This document shows positions 22,714-32,347 of a stretch of 64,000 nucleotides of DNA, in pieces. The stretch comes from an uncultured delta proteobacterium (GTDB lineage Bacteria > Desulfobacterota > Binatia > DP-6). How positions within the stretch are numbered: the stretch's first letter is position 1; each line of letters starts with the position of its first letter. The position numbers were made by a program, and so were the translations under genes. Where the stretch lies: NCBI GenBank assembly GCA_963815115.1, contig CAWFFN010000005.1, forward strand, positions 480,001-544,000. The letters are read 5' to 3'. Under the pieces are notes generated by a model that saw nothing but the letters and a program-made list of their open reading frames with translations, made no database searches and was not told the origin of the DNA.

Positions 22714-23712
22714 ATGAAGCTCGGCCTCATGGTCGGATACTGGATGTTCGGTCCGAACGATCCGTCGCCGCTCGCGCTCGAGGCGGAGCGGCTCGGCTAC
22801 GACTCGGTGTGGACCGCGGAGGCCTACGGCTCGGACGCCTTCTCGCCGCTCACCTGGATCGCCGCGCGCACCTCGCGCATCAAGCTGGGCACGGGGATCG
22901 TCCAGATCTCGGCGCGTACCCCGGCGTGCGTCGCGATGACCGCGATGACCATCGATCACCTCTCCGGCGGCCGCCTGATCCTCGGGCTCGGCGTCTCGGG
23001 GCCGCAGGTCGTCGAGGGATGGTACGGGCAGCCGTTCCCCAAGCCGCTCGGCCGCATGCGCGAGTACATCACGCTGCTCCGTCTGATGCTGAAGCGCGAG
23101 CAGCCGGTCACGTTCGACGGGGCGCACTACCAGCTGCCGCTGCGCGGCGGCTCGGGGCTGGGAAAGCCGCTCAAGCTCATCACCCGCCCGCTGCGCGAGC
23201 ACGTGCCGATCTACCTCGGCGCCGAGGGCCCGAAGAACATCGCCATGGCCACCGAGCTGTGCGACGGCTGGCTGCCGCTGTACTACTCGCCCTACCGGCC
23301 CGAGGTGTACGCGGACGCGCTGGGCGGTGCGAAGCCCGGATTCGAGATCGCCTGTCCGGTGACGGTGAACGTGAACGAGGACCTCGCGACGGCGTTGCTG
23401 CCCGTCAAGTACATGCTCGCCTTCTACATCGGCGGCATGGGCGCCAAGAAGCAGAACTTCCACGCCAACCTCGTGCGCCGCATGGGCTACGGCGAGGCCG
23501 TCGATCGCATCCAGGAGCTCTTCCTCGCCGGCCGGCGGGACGAGGCGGCCGCCGCGGTGCCCGACGACTTCGCCGACGAGATCTCGCTGGTGGGTCCGAA
23601 GGAACGCATCCGGGACCGCATCCAGATCTGGAAGCGGAGCGCGGTGACGACGCTGCTCGCCGGCACGGGCGACGTGCAGGCACTGCGGACGCTGGCGGAG
23701 GCGAGTGGCTGA
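22714..23712 (+). CDS. LLM-class, probably F420-dependent oxidoreductase (Rv3520c-like)
   Basis: [40 protein letters not shown]. Confidence 0.9.
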   Translation: MKLGLMVGYWMFGPNDPSPLALEAERLGYDSVWTAEAYGSDAFSPLTWIAARTSRIKLGTGIVQISARTPACVAMTAMTIDHLSGGRLILGLGVSGPQVVEGWYGQPFPKPLGRMREYITLLRLMLKREQPVTFDGAHYQLPLRGGSGLGKPLKLITRPLREHVPIYLGAEGPKNIAMATELCDGWLPLYYSPYRPEVYADALGGAKPGFEIACPVTVNVNEDLATALLPVKYMLAFYIGGMGAKKQNFHANLVRRMGYGEAVDRIQELFLAGRRDEAAAAVPDDFADEISLVGPKERIRDRIQIWKRSAVTTLLAGTGDVQALRTLAEASG

Positions 23713-23756
23713 CCGAGCACCTTGTTGGCCTGGCCTGGTTGTGCTATCCAGGTGTC

Positions 23757-24005
23757 ATGCCGAGGGTGAATTTGACCCTTGATACTGTAACGTTTGAACG
23801 GCTAGAGAAGCACGCCAGGCGACTGCGGAGGCCCTACGCCCGCCTGGTGACGGAGGTCCTGAAGGAGGGCCTCGACAGACGCGAGGCCGCCGAGCGGCGA
23901 ACGAAGCTCGCCCGCGACTATGCCGCCGGTCGAGCGGACGACGGATCCGTGCTCCGGGATCTCGAGGGGGCGCAGGACGAATTGCTCGATGATGAGGACG
24001 CCTGA
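23757..24005 (+). CDS. Ribbon-helix-helix antitoxin
   Basis: MPRVNLTLD beta strand, then helices and an acidic C-terminus; overlaps the start of the PemK-like toxin. Confidence 0.75.
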   Translation: MPRVNLTLDTVTFERLEKHARRLRRPYARLVTEVLKEGLDRREAAERRTKLARDYAAGRADDGSVLRDLEGAQDELLDDEDA

Positions 24006-24363
24006 GCCCGCGGAGGTTCGCCGTGGCGACGTCCTCTGGATCCGATGCGAGCCCTCCGTCGGTGTCGAACCCAGGAAGACGAGAACGTGTGTCGTGGTAT
24101 CGAACGACGTGGCAAACCGATACGGGCGAGCGATCACGGTCGTGCCGACTCAGGCATATAACGCCGAGCGCGCGCAGCGCGCCTACATCGTCGATCTGCG
24201 AAAGCCACGCTCGTCTCTCGATCAACCCCGGGTGGCCAACGCATCCATGGTGATGACCTACGACCGGGCCCGGGTCCTCAAGCGCGCAGGCCGCATCTCA
24301 TCGGAGGCTCGGCAGGCGCTGGACGAGGCGCTGCGCATCCATCTCGGGCTGAGAAGGCTCTGA
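23989..24363 (+). CDS. mazF: Type II toxin, PemK/MazF family endoribonuclease
   Basis: RRGDVLW...PSVGVEPRKTRTCVVVSND...ITVVP...LDEALRIHLGL. Confidence 0.88.
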   Translation: MMRTPEPAEVRRGDVLWIRCEPSVGVEPRKTRTCVVVSNDVANRYGRAITVVPTQAYNAERAQRAYIVDLRKPRSSLDQPRVANASMVMTYDRARVLKRAGRISSEARQALDEALRIHLGLRRL

Positions 24364-24425
24364 GCGCGCCGCCTTCGCGTTGACGGCGCGAAAGGCAGTT
24401 CGATATCGTCATCCTCGACCGCTCC

Positions 24426-25346
24426 ATGAACCCTCTCCGCGACATCGCCCGCCGCGTCTCCAACTGGGGTCGGTGGGGCGCCGAGGACGAGCGCGGCACC
24501 GTCAACTTCATCACTCCGGAGGTGATCCGCCATGGCGCCGGGTGCGTGAAGCGTGGGGTGGTGTTCAGCCTCGCCCTGCCGTTCGCCGGCGACGGCCCGC
24601 AGTTCGGCCAGGGGGGGCGCATCAATCCGGTGCACCTGATGACGTCGCTGCAGAATCAGCTCGGTCCCGATCCCGATGGCCCGCGCTACTCCGACGACGT
24701 CATCATGATGCCGCTGCAGTGCGCGACCCAGTGGGACTCGCTGGCGCACGTCCATTACGGCGGGCAGCTCTACAACGGTCACGCCGCGTCCACCCTCACG
24801 GCGGCGGGCGCCGCGCGCAACGGCATCGACAAGATGGCGGCGGGCATCGTGTCGCGGGGCGTGCTGCTCGATCTGGCGCGCGCCCAGGGCGTGGAGCGCC
24901 TGGCGCCGGGGCACGTGATCGTACCGGCCGCGCTCGAAGCGGCGGAGCGCGCCCAGGGCGTGCGCGTCGAGTCCGGCGACGTGCTCCTGGTGCGCACCGG
25001 CCACATGCGAGCCTTCACCGTCGATCGGGATCGGGTCGCCTACATGAAGCGGATGCCGGGACTGGGGGTGGCGTGCGTCGAGTGGCTGCACGCGCGCGAG
25101 GTCGCCGCGGTGGCCAGCGATACCAACATGGTCGAGGTCTTCCCGCTGGAAGATCCGGCCGTGATGCTGCCGGTGCACAGCCTGTGCATTCGCGACATGG
25201 GGCTCACCCTGGGGGAGATGTTCGACCTCGAGGCGCTCGCCGCCGACTGCGCGCAGGACGGGGCATGGACGTTTCTCTTCAGCGCCCCGCCGCTGCCCGT
25301 GACCGGGGGCGTCGGCTCGCCGATCAACCCGCTCGCGATCAAGTAG
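24426..25346 (+). CDS. Cyclase-family metal-dependent hydrolase
   Basis: SNWGRWGAEDERGTVN, TQWDSLAH, GDVLLVRTG, GGVGSPINPLAIK. Confidence 0.92.
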   Translation: MNPLRDIARRVSNWGRWGAEDERGTVNFITPEVIRHGAGCVKRGVVFSLALPFAGDGPQFGQGGRINPVHLMTSLQNQLGPDPDGPRYSDDVIMMPLQCATQWDSLAHVHYGGQLYNGHAASTLTAAGAARNGIDKMAAGIVSRGVLLDLARAQGVERLAPGHVIVPAALEAAERAQGVRVESGDVLLVRTGHMRAFTVDRDRVAYMKRMPGLGVACVEWLHAREVAAVASDTNMVEVFPLEDPAVMLPVHSLCIRDMGLTLGEMFDLEALAADCAQDGAWTFLFSAPPLPVTGGVGSPINPLAIK

Positions 25347-25353
25347 CACGCTC

Positions 25354-27366
25354 TCAGTCCGACTTGTCCTTCAGGATGCTTCCGTCCTGCTTGAGGAACG
25401 GCGCGCTGAAGTCCGAGCCCCAGCAGGTCGCAGCGCCGCTGCGATGGAGCCGCACGGCGAGCGGCCCCGCGAAGGCCGACGGCGCCGGCATCACCAGCGG
25501 ACCGCCCTTGCCCTTGAAGACGATCTTCGCCTTGCCGTCGATCAGTCCTTCCTTGAGCTGGATGGACTGGGTGCCGGTGGGTACGAGCGCCTTGTTCCTG
25601 TAGGCATAGCTCGTCGGCTTGGCGGTCCAGCAGGGCTTCCCCGCGCAGGTGCCGCCGTGCGCGGCCGTCGCGCTCGCGACCAGGGAGCCGCCGTCGTAGA
25701 GACAGAGGGCATAGTCGTCGCTCCCCGGCGGGTCGCCGAAGTCCGCCTTGGCGGTGGCCTGACCCGCCCACTTCCAGACCAGCTGATCGCCGGTGTCCGG
25801 CATCTTGTCCTTCAGCTGGAAGGACGACTTCGCGGTCTGGACGGTGGTCCGGCAGGTCGCGGGCGCCGGAGGGCAGAGCGTGCTGGGCCCGTTGGTGTTC
25901 TGCATGAGCACCACGACGTCGGCGATCTCGTCGCTCAGCGCGAGGTCGATGTCGCCGTCGTTGTCGAAGTCGACCAGCACGGCGCACGACGGATTCGAGG
26001 GCGCCTCGATGTCCTGGTTGAAGCTGAAGTGGCCGGCGCCGTCGTTCAAGTAGATGCGCCACAGCCCCGCGCTGTAGCTCGACAGTACCCAGTCGAGGTC
26101 GCCGTCGCCGTCGAGGTCGCCCAGGTCGCTGGCGGGGGTGTGATCGGGCATCGCTACCGTGACCGGTGCGGCGAGCGTCCCGTCGCCGTTGCCGCGCAGC
26201 AGCGCGCCGTTGGCGACTCCGGCGCCGCCCGCATTGGCGAGCGCCGCATCCATGTTCCCGTCGCCGTCGACGTCGCCCACGGCCACCTGCCAGGGCGGCC
26301 CCGCCGCATTCTGGGCCGGGCCCGCGGTGAGCGTGCCGTCGCCGTTGTTGCGCACGACGGTGGCCTTCATGTTGCCCACACAGCCGACCACCAGGTCGGT
26401 GATGCCGTCGTTGTCCATGTCGGCCGCGGCCATGCCCCAGGGGTTGCTGCATCCGGGGTCGAAGAACGTCGGCGGATCGCTGAACGTCCCGCTGCCGTCG
26501 TTCAGCAGCAGGGCGAGCGTGCTGTCGCCGGCGACGGCGTCGACGATGTCCATGTCGCCGTCCCCGTCCACGTCGAGCACGGCGACGCCGTGAGGCTGGT
26601 TGCCCGTGAGCACGGACTGCGAGCCGCTGAAGGTGCCGTCACCCTTGCCGTGGACGATCCACACGCCGCCGCTCTCGGTGGCGGAGACGGCGATGTCGAT
26701 CTTGCCGTCGTTGTCGAAGTCGCCGGGCTCGTTGGGGCTGGACTCGACGCCGACGGGCACCGGCGCGAGAAAGGGCTGCTGGTAGAGCCCCGAGCCGTCG
26801 CCGCGATTCAAGAACACGCGCAGGTCGGCGCTCACCTCGTTGACGGTGGCGAGATCGATCCAGCCGTCGCGGTCGAGGTCGGCCTGGACGGCGCCGTAGA
26901 TGCGAGTCTGGACCCCGTTCTTGCGGTTCGACATGACGTCGATCTGCTGGAAGTTCAGGGCGGCCGGCTGGGACCGGACGATGAACTCGAAGGCGAAGCC
27001 GGCGCTGCGCATCGGCGTGGCGTCGGCGGCATGCACGTCGTGTGACAGGTTCACGAGCACGGTCTCGCCGGCGGAGAAGGGCTTCGACGGCGTGAAGGTG
27101 AGCGTCTGGTTGCCGTTCGAGAACGCGACGGTGCCCGTCGCCGTCCCGGTGGCGCGTCCGAAGACCCGGAAGCTCGACGAGTCGATCGACGAGGTCTGCA
27201 ACGCCTGGTCGAAGGTCACGGAGATCGCGGTGCCGGCGGGAGCGAACGTGTGCCGCACCGGAACCGTCGACACCACGTTGGGCTGCGCGCCGAGGGCCGC
27301 ATGCGCCGCGATCAGGCTCAGCGCGGTCCCGAGGACGGTCGCCCGGACGCGATGGTGGCTCTGCAT
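25354..27366 (-). CDS. Secreted Ig-like + FG-GAP/VCBS-repeat protein with a shared C-terminal domain
   Basis: Signal peptide, SbsA/Big_5-like N-domain, about seven D-x-D-x-DG-x-x-D repeats, Cys-containing tail. Confidence 0.88.
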   Translation of the reverse strand: MQSHHRVRATVLGTALSLIAAHAALGAQPNVVSTVPVRHTFAPAGTAISVTFDQALQTSSIDSSSFRVFGRATGTATGTVAFSNGNQTLTFTPSKPFSAGETVLVNLSHDVHAADATPMRSAGFAFEFIVRSQPAALNFQQIDVMSNRKNGVQTRIYGAVQADLDRDGWIDLATVNEVSADLRVFLNRGDGSGLYQQPFLAPVPVGVESSPNEPGDFDNDGKIDIAVSATESGGVWIVHGKGDGTFSGSQSVLTGNQPHGVAVLDVDGDGDMDIVDAVAGDSTLALLLNDGSGTFSDPPTFFDPGCSNPWGMAAADMDNDGITDLVVGCVGNMKATVVRNNGDGTLTAGPAQNAAGPPWQVAVGDVDGDGNMDAALANAGGAGVANGALLRGNGDGTLAAPVTVAMPDHTPASDLGDLDGDGDLDWVLSSYSAGLWRIYLNDGAGHFSFNQDIEAPSNPSCAVLVDFDNDGDIDLALSDEIADVVVLMQNTNGPSTLCPPAPATCRTTVQTAKSSFQLKDKMPDTGDQLVWKWAGQATAKADFGDPPGSDDYALCLYDGGSLVASATAAHGGTCAGKPCWTAKPTSYAYRNKALVPTGTQSIQLKEGLIDGKAKIVFKGKGGPLVMPAPSAFAGPLAVRLHRSGAATCWGSDFSAPFLKQDGSILKDKSD

Positions 27367-27584
27367 GGATGTCTCCCCCTCCGCGCGACGACGGGTTCCG
27401 GCTCGCACGCTGCGCCAGCGTCCGCGCGGAGCGCTGATCTACCACGACACGGTAGCGCGAGGGTAGGCGATTCTGTCGCAGGCGCGGTGCGTTGCTTTGC
27501 CGTGGCCAGCAGGCTAGCACGGCGCGCGATGAGCCTCGTGATCGCCCGGGCGGCAAGGTTCGGCGCGCTCCTCCGTTGCCGCTG

Positions 27585-28976
27585 ATGCGTGGTCCCGACG
27601 GCTTCTCGCGGTCCTCGCTGCTCGCCTATGCCGGCAGCGCCCGCCGGCGGTACGAGCGCGAGCTCGCGACCCTGGTCGAGCTGCCGAGCGTCTCCGCCGA
27701 TCCGGCGCACGCCGGCGACGTCCGGCGCACCGCCGAAGCGGCGGCCCGCCTCGTCCGCTCGCTCGGCGGCCAGGCGGCGATCGTCCCGACCGGCGGCCAT
27801 CCGCTGGTTCACTGCACCTTCCAGCGCGACCCCCGGCTGCCCACCGTCACCATCTACAACCACCTCGACGTGCAGCCCGCGGGCGAGCCGGAGTGGCGCA
27901 GCGACCCCTTCCGCTTCACCCGGCGCGGCGATCGCTACGTCGGCCGGGGCACGACCGACGACAAGGGGCCGGCGCTCGCCGCGCTGTTCGGCGCCAAGTA
28001 TGCCGTCGATCACGACGTCGCGCTCAACGTCCAGCTCCTCTGGGAGCTCGAGGAGGAGATCGGCTCGCCGCATTTCGAGCCGGCGATCCGGCGGCACCGT
28101 CGCGCGCTCGCGACCGACGCCGTCGTCGTGTCGGACACCATCTGGGTGTCGCGCAATAGGCCGGCGTGTCCCGCGGGGCTGCGCGGCCTGCAGGGCTTCC
28201 GGCTGACGCTGCGCACCGGCACCACGGATCAGCACTCCGGCACCACGGGCGGGGTGGCTCGCAATCCGGTCGCGGAGCTGGCGGCGTTGCTCGCCGCGAT
28301 GGTCGACGCCGGGACCGGACGGGTGAAGATTCCCGGCTTCTATCGCGACGTGGTGCCGCCCTCACGCCACGAGCTGCACGACCTCGAGCGCGCCGGCTTC
28401 TCGCTCGCGCGCTTCAAGCGCGATCACGGCTTCCGTTCGCTGCGCACGGACGACGCGCTGGACGCCATGCGGCGACTCTGGTGCCGCCCGACCTTCGAGG
28501 TGCACGGGATCGCCGGCGGGTATCAGGGACCGGGGGTGAAGACGGTCGTGCCGCCGGCGGCGACCGCGATCGTCTCGTGCCGGCTCGTGCCGGACATGGC
28601 GCCCGCCAGGGTCGTGCGCCTCGTGCGCGAGTTCGTCCGCCGCCGCAACCCGGACGTGGTGGTCGCCCCGGAGCACGGGCTCGAGCCGTATCGCGGACGA
28701 ACGAGCGGCCCGCACGTGGACGCGATCCGCGCGGCGATGCGCTTCGCGTTCGGTCGTGAGCCGGTCCTGGTGCGGGAGGGAGGGTCGATCGGGGCGGTCG
28801 TCTCGATGGAGCGCGTGCTGCGGGCGCCGGTGCACTTCCTCGGACTCTCGCTGCCCGAGCACGGCTACCATGCGCCGAACGAGTGCTTCGACTGGCGTCA
28901 GGCCCGGGGCGGCATCCTGGCGTTCGCGAAATACCTCGAGCAGGTTGGCGCGCGGCGCTCCGCCGCGACGCGCTGA
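27585..28976 (+). CDS. M20/M25/M40 family metallopeptidase (dipeptidase-like)
   Basis: YNHLDVQP, GRGTTDDKG, EEEIGS, EGGSI, HAPNE. Confidence 0.92.
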   Translation: MRGPDGFSRSSLLAYAGSARRRYERELATLVELPSVSADPAHAGDVRRTAEAAARLVRSLGGQAAIVPTGGHPLVHCTFQRDPRLPTVTIYNHLDVQPAGEPEWRSDPFRFTRRGDRYVGRGTTDDKGPALAALFGAKYAVDHDVALNVQLLWELEEEIGSPHFEPAIRRHRRALATDAVVVSDTIWVSRNRPACPAGLRGLQGFRLTLRTGTTDQHSGTTGGVARNPVAELAALLAAMVDAGTGRVKIPGFYRDVVPPSRHELHDLERAGFSLARFKRDHGFRSLRTDDALDAMRRLWCRPTFEVHGIAGGYQGPGVKTVVPPAATAIVSCRLVPDMAPARVVRLVREFVRRRNPDVVVAPEHGLEPYRGRTSGPHVDAIRAAMRFAFGREPVLVREGGSIGAVVSMERVLRAPVHFLGLSLPEHGYHAPNECFDWRQARGGILAFAKYLEQVGARRSAATR

Positions 28977-28984
28977 CGCGCCTC

Positions 28985-29638
28985 TCAGCGAGCCGCCGTC
29001 CGTCGCCGGGCCGTCGCCGGCAGGCAGAGCGCGCGTTCGACGAGCTCGCGCAGCCGCCGGGCGAGCGTGTCCCGGTCGGTGCGCATGCCGCCCGCGACCC
29101 AGTCGGCCAGCAGCACCTGATCCATGGCGCTGAACAGCTTGGCGAGGTAGCCCGGGTCCTCGTCGACGAACTCGCCGGCCGCCACGCCGCGGCGGAAGAT
29201 ACCCGCCTGGAGCTCGTGGATCTCCTGCCAGTAGCCCTGCTGCGTCGGGCTGCCGGTGACGGGACCGAGGGCCCACGAGGCGCCGGAGCGCAGGTGCATG
29301 CGCAGGAAATGGGGGTGGGAGACGAAGTAGTCGACGTAGACCTTGATCAGCGCCGCGAGTGCTTCCCGGGCATCGAGGTCGCGCGCGGCGAGATCGCGCG
29401 CGAGGCGCAGCAGCTCCTGACCGCGCTCCTCGAGCAGCGCGGCGTACAGCTCGGCCTTGCCGGGAAAGATGGCGTAGATCGTTCCCATCGAGAGGCCGGA
29501 GCGCCCCGAGATCTCGAGCACCTTGGCCGGCTCGTAGCCACGCTCGGCGAAGACCTGCTCGGCCGCGTCGAGGATGTGCTGGCGATACACGCCGGTGCGC
29601 GCGAGCCGGGCCTCGTCGCGGGCCTTCTTGCGGGGCAT
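28985..29638 (-). CDS. TetR/AcrR-family transcriptional regulator
   Basis: ILDAAEQVFAERGY...GLSMGTIYAIFPGKAEL HTH; divergent from the 8-gene operon. Confidence 0.92.
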   Translation of the reverse strand: MPRKKARDEARLARTGVYRQHILDAAEQVFAERGYEPAKVLEISGRSGLSMGTIYAIFPGKAELYAALLEERGQELLRLARDLAARDLDAREALAALIKVYVDYFVSHPHFLRMHLRSGASWALGPVTGSPTQQGYWQEIHELQAGIFRRGVAAGEFVDEDPGYLAKLFSAMDQVLLADWVAGGMRTDRDTLARRLRELVERALCLPATARRRTAAR

Positions 29639-29644
29639 GGCGGC

Positions 29645-29699
29645 ATCGTACCATTCGTGATCGTAGTTGACAAATCGTATTTCCGAATGGTAATTCGGA
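29645..29699. promoter_or_regulatory. Divergent promoters with a TetR operator palindrome
   Basis: TTGACA (29667-29672) and TGgTAATT -10-like element; perfect inverted repeat TCCGAAT-GGTA-ATTCGGA (29682-29699); CGAATGGTA recurs on the minus strand over the TACGAT -10 of tetR. Confidence 0.7.
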
Positions 29700-29740
29700 G
29701 TCACGAGCGAGGGCTCGACGCCCGGCCGAAGGAGAAGCTG

Positions 29741-30865
29741 ATGGAATTCGGGATCTTCTCGCAGATGCACTGCCCGCCATGGGATGACGAGCATTCGCGC
29801 TACCTGCGGGAGCTCGAGATCTCGGAGCTCTGCGACGCGGTGGGATTCAAGTACGACTGGTCGCCGGAGCACCACTTCCTGCAGCACTACTCCCATCAGC
29901 CGGCGCCCGAGGTGTACCTCTCCTGGGTCGCCGCCCGCACCAAGCGCATCCACGTCGGCACCGCCATCACCAACATCACCGCCGCCGTGAACCACCCCGC
30001 TCGCGTTGCCGAACGCATCGCCACCATGGACCACCTCTCGGAGGGCCGGGTCGAGTTCGGCACCGGACGCGGGTCGTCGTCGGCCGAATGGGCGGGCTTC
30101 GACATCCCGTCGGCGGCCGAGACGAAGCCGATGTGGCGCGAGTCGCTCGAGCAGATCCCGCGCATGTGGCGTGACGAGCCCTACAGCTTCGACGGCCGCT
30201 ACTTCCGCATGCCCGAGCGCACCGTCCTGCCCAAGCCCTACTCCAAGCCGCACCCGCCCATGTGGGTGGCGTGCTCGAGCCCGCCGACCTTCATCGAGGC
30301 CGGAGAGCTCGGCCTGGGCGCGCTCTGCTTCACGTTCGGCACCCCGGCGGACATCGCCGAGCACGTCCGGAACTACAAGCAGGCCATCAAGCGCTGCACC
30401 AAGCCGGTCGGCGCGTACGTCAACGACAACATCGCCGTCACCACGAACATGTTCTGCTTCGAGGACGGCGACGAGGCCCGGCACCTCTACTCGAAGGCGA
30501 AGGTGGGTGCGTTCACGGGGTACTTCTTCAAGTGGCTCGACTCCATCCCGCGTCCGAAGGGCCTGCCTCCGACCGGGCCCATTCCGCCGTTGCCCGACCC
30601 GACGCCGGCCGAGCTCAAGGCCGGGCTCGCCGCCGGCGGCCGGCAGATCGGCTCGCCCGGGGAGATCGCCAAGGTGATCGACATGTACGTCGAGCTGGGA
30701 GTCGATCAGCTCATCTACGCGCCGCTCACCCTGACCCTCGACCAGAAGCACGTCCTGCGCTCGATCGAGACCTTCGGAAAGCACGTGCTGCCGCGCTTCG
30801 ACCGCGATCCGATGCACAGCACCACGCGGCAGCGGGAAGCGGCCCTGGCGGCACAGGCGGCGTAG
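29741..30865 (+). CDS. LLM-class flavin-dependent oxidoreductase
   Basis: WSPEHHFL, HPARVAERIATMDHLSEGRVEFGTGRG, PKPYSKPHPP; AAGGAG RBS. Confidence 0.92.
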   Translation: MEFGIFSQMHCPPWDDEHSRYLRELEISELCDAVGFKYDWSPEHHFLQHYSHQPAPEVYLSWVAARTKRIHVGTAITNITAAVNHPARVAERIATMDHLSEGRVEFGTGRGSSSAEWAGFDIPSAAETKPMWRESLEQIPRMWRDEPYSFDGRYFRMPERTVLPKPYSKPHPPMWVACSSPPTFIEAGELGLGALCFTFGTPADIAEHVRNYKQAIKRCTKPVGAYVNDNIAVTTNMFCFEDGDEARHLYSKAKVGAFTGYFFKWLDSIPRPKGLPPTGPIPPLPDPTPAELKAGLAAGGRQIGSPGEIAKVIDMYVELGVDQLIYAPLTLTLDQKHVLRSIETFGKHVLPRFDRDPMHSTTRQREAALAAQAA

Positions 30866-30892
30866 CGCCGTCCGGGGGGTACGTCGCAGCAC

Positions 30893-32347
30893 ATGGCGGA
30901 GTCGACCCTCAGCGAGATCCTGATCGGCGGCCGCTGGGTGCCTGCCGCCGGCGGGACCTATCCGGTGATCGACCCGGCAACCGAGGAGATCGCCGGCCGC
31001 GCCCCCGAGGCGTCGACGGACCAGGTGCGGGAGGCGGCACGCGCGGCGCGCGCGGCGTTCGAGCGGGGACCGTGGCCGCGCATGTCGGGCGCGGAGCGCG
31101 GCGCGCGGCTGCGCGAGGCGGCCGCGCGGTTCCGCCAGGCCGCGCCCGGCCTGGTCGATCTGACCATCGCGGAGACCGGCTCCGTGCGACCGGTCGCCGA
31201 GTCGCAGCAGGTCGGCGCGGTGCCGCTGCGCCTGGAGCGATACGCCGAGCTGGCGAGCCTGGGAGCCGACACGCCGGTGGCACCGCGCGAGGGACCGGGC
31301 GGCATCGCCTTCGGCGTCGCCGCGCGGGAGCCCGTCGGCGTGGTCGCCTGCATCACGCCGTACAACTTCCCGATGACCAACTGCGCCGGGAAGATCGGTC
31401 CGGCGCTGGCGTGCGGCAACACGGTGGTGGTGAAGCCGGCGCCGGTGGACCCCCTCGGCGTGGGCGCGCTCTGTCGCATCGTGAACGACGTCCTTCCGCC
31501 GGGCGTGCTGAACTTCGTGTGCGGCGCGGGACCCGCGAGCGGCGAGGCGCTCGTCGAGGCGCCCGAGGTGGACATGATCTCGTTCACGGGCTCGACGACC
31601 GTGGGGCTGCGCATCCAGGAGACCGCTGCGCGCAGCCTCAAGCGGACGCTCCTCGAGCTGGGCGGCAAATCGCCGCAGATCGTCTTCGCCGACGCCGACC
31701 GCGAGGCGGCCCTGCGGGGCGCCGCCCAGGTGTGGACGTTCCACACCGGCCAGATCTGCATCGCGGGAACCCGGCTGCTGGTCGAGGCGTCGATCTACGA
31801 CGAGTTCACCGCGGCGCTGGTCGAGCGCGCGAGCGCCATCAGGATCGGCGACCCGCGCGAGCCGGGCGTGGTGATGGGGCCGCTCGTCTCCGCCGCTCAG
31901 CGCGAACGCGTCGAGGGCCACGTCGCGCACGGCCTGGAGGAGGGCGCCGTGCTCGCCTGCGGCGGGAAGCGCCCGGCGCACCTCCGGCGCGGGTGGTTCG
32001 TCGAGCCGACGCTGTTCACGCGGGCGACGAACGCGATGACCGTGGCGCGCGAGGAGATCTTCGGCCCGGTGATCACGGCCATCCCGTTCCGCGACGAGGC
32101 CGAGGCGATCGCCCTCGCCAACGATTCGGACTACGGCCTGTACGCCTACCTCTGGACGCGCGATCGGGCGCGGGGCACGCGCGTGGCGCGCGCGCTGCGC
32201 ACCGGCACCGTGCAGGTGAACAGCGCGAGCGGGATGCATCCCGACGCGCCCTTCGGCGGCTACAAGCGCTCGGGCATCGGACGCGACGGCGGGGCGTGGG
32301 CGCTCGCCGCCTACAGCGAAACGAAGTACATCGGGTGGACGGCATGA
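30893..32347 (+). CDS. Aldehyde dehydrogenase
   Basis: ITPYNFP, FTGST, LELGGKSP, GQIC, EEIFGPV, PFGGYKRSG. Confidence 0.95.
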   Translation: MAESTLSEILIGGRWVPAAGGTYPVIDPATEEIAGRAPEASTDQVREAARAARAAFERGPWPRMSGAERGARLREAAARFRQAAPGLVDLTIAETGSVRPVAESQQVGAVPLRLERYAELASLGADTPVAPREGPGGIAFGVAAREPVGVVACITPYNFPMTNCAGKIGPALACGNTVVVKPAPVDPLGVGALCRIVNDVLPPGVLNFVCGAGPASGEALVEAPEVDMISFTGSTTVGLRIQETAARSLKRTLLELGGKSPQIVFADADREAALRGAAQVWTFHTGQICIAGTRLLVEASIYDEFTAALVERASAIRIGDPREPGVVMGPLVSAAQRERVEGHVAHGLEEGAVLACGGKRPAHLRRGWFVEPTLFTRATNAMTVAREEIFGPVITAIPFRDEAEAIALANDSDYGLYAYLWTRDRARGTRVARALRTGTVQVNSASGMHPDAPFGGYKRSGIGRDGGAWALAAYSETKYIGWTA

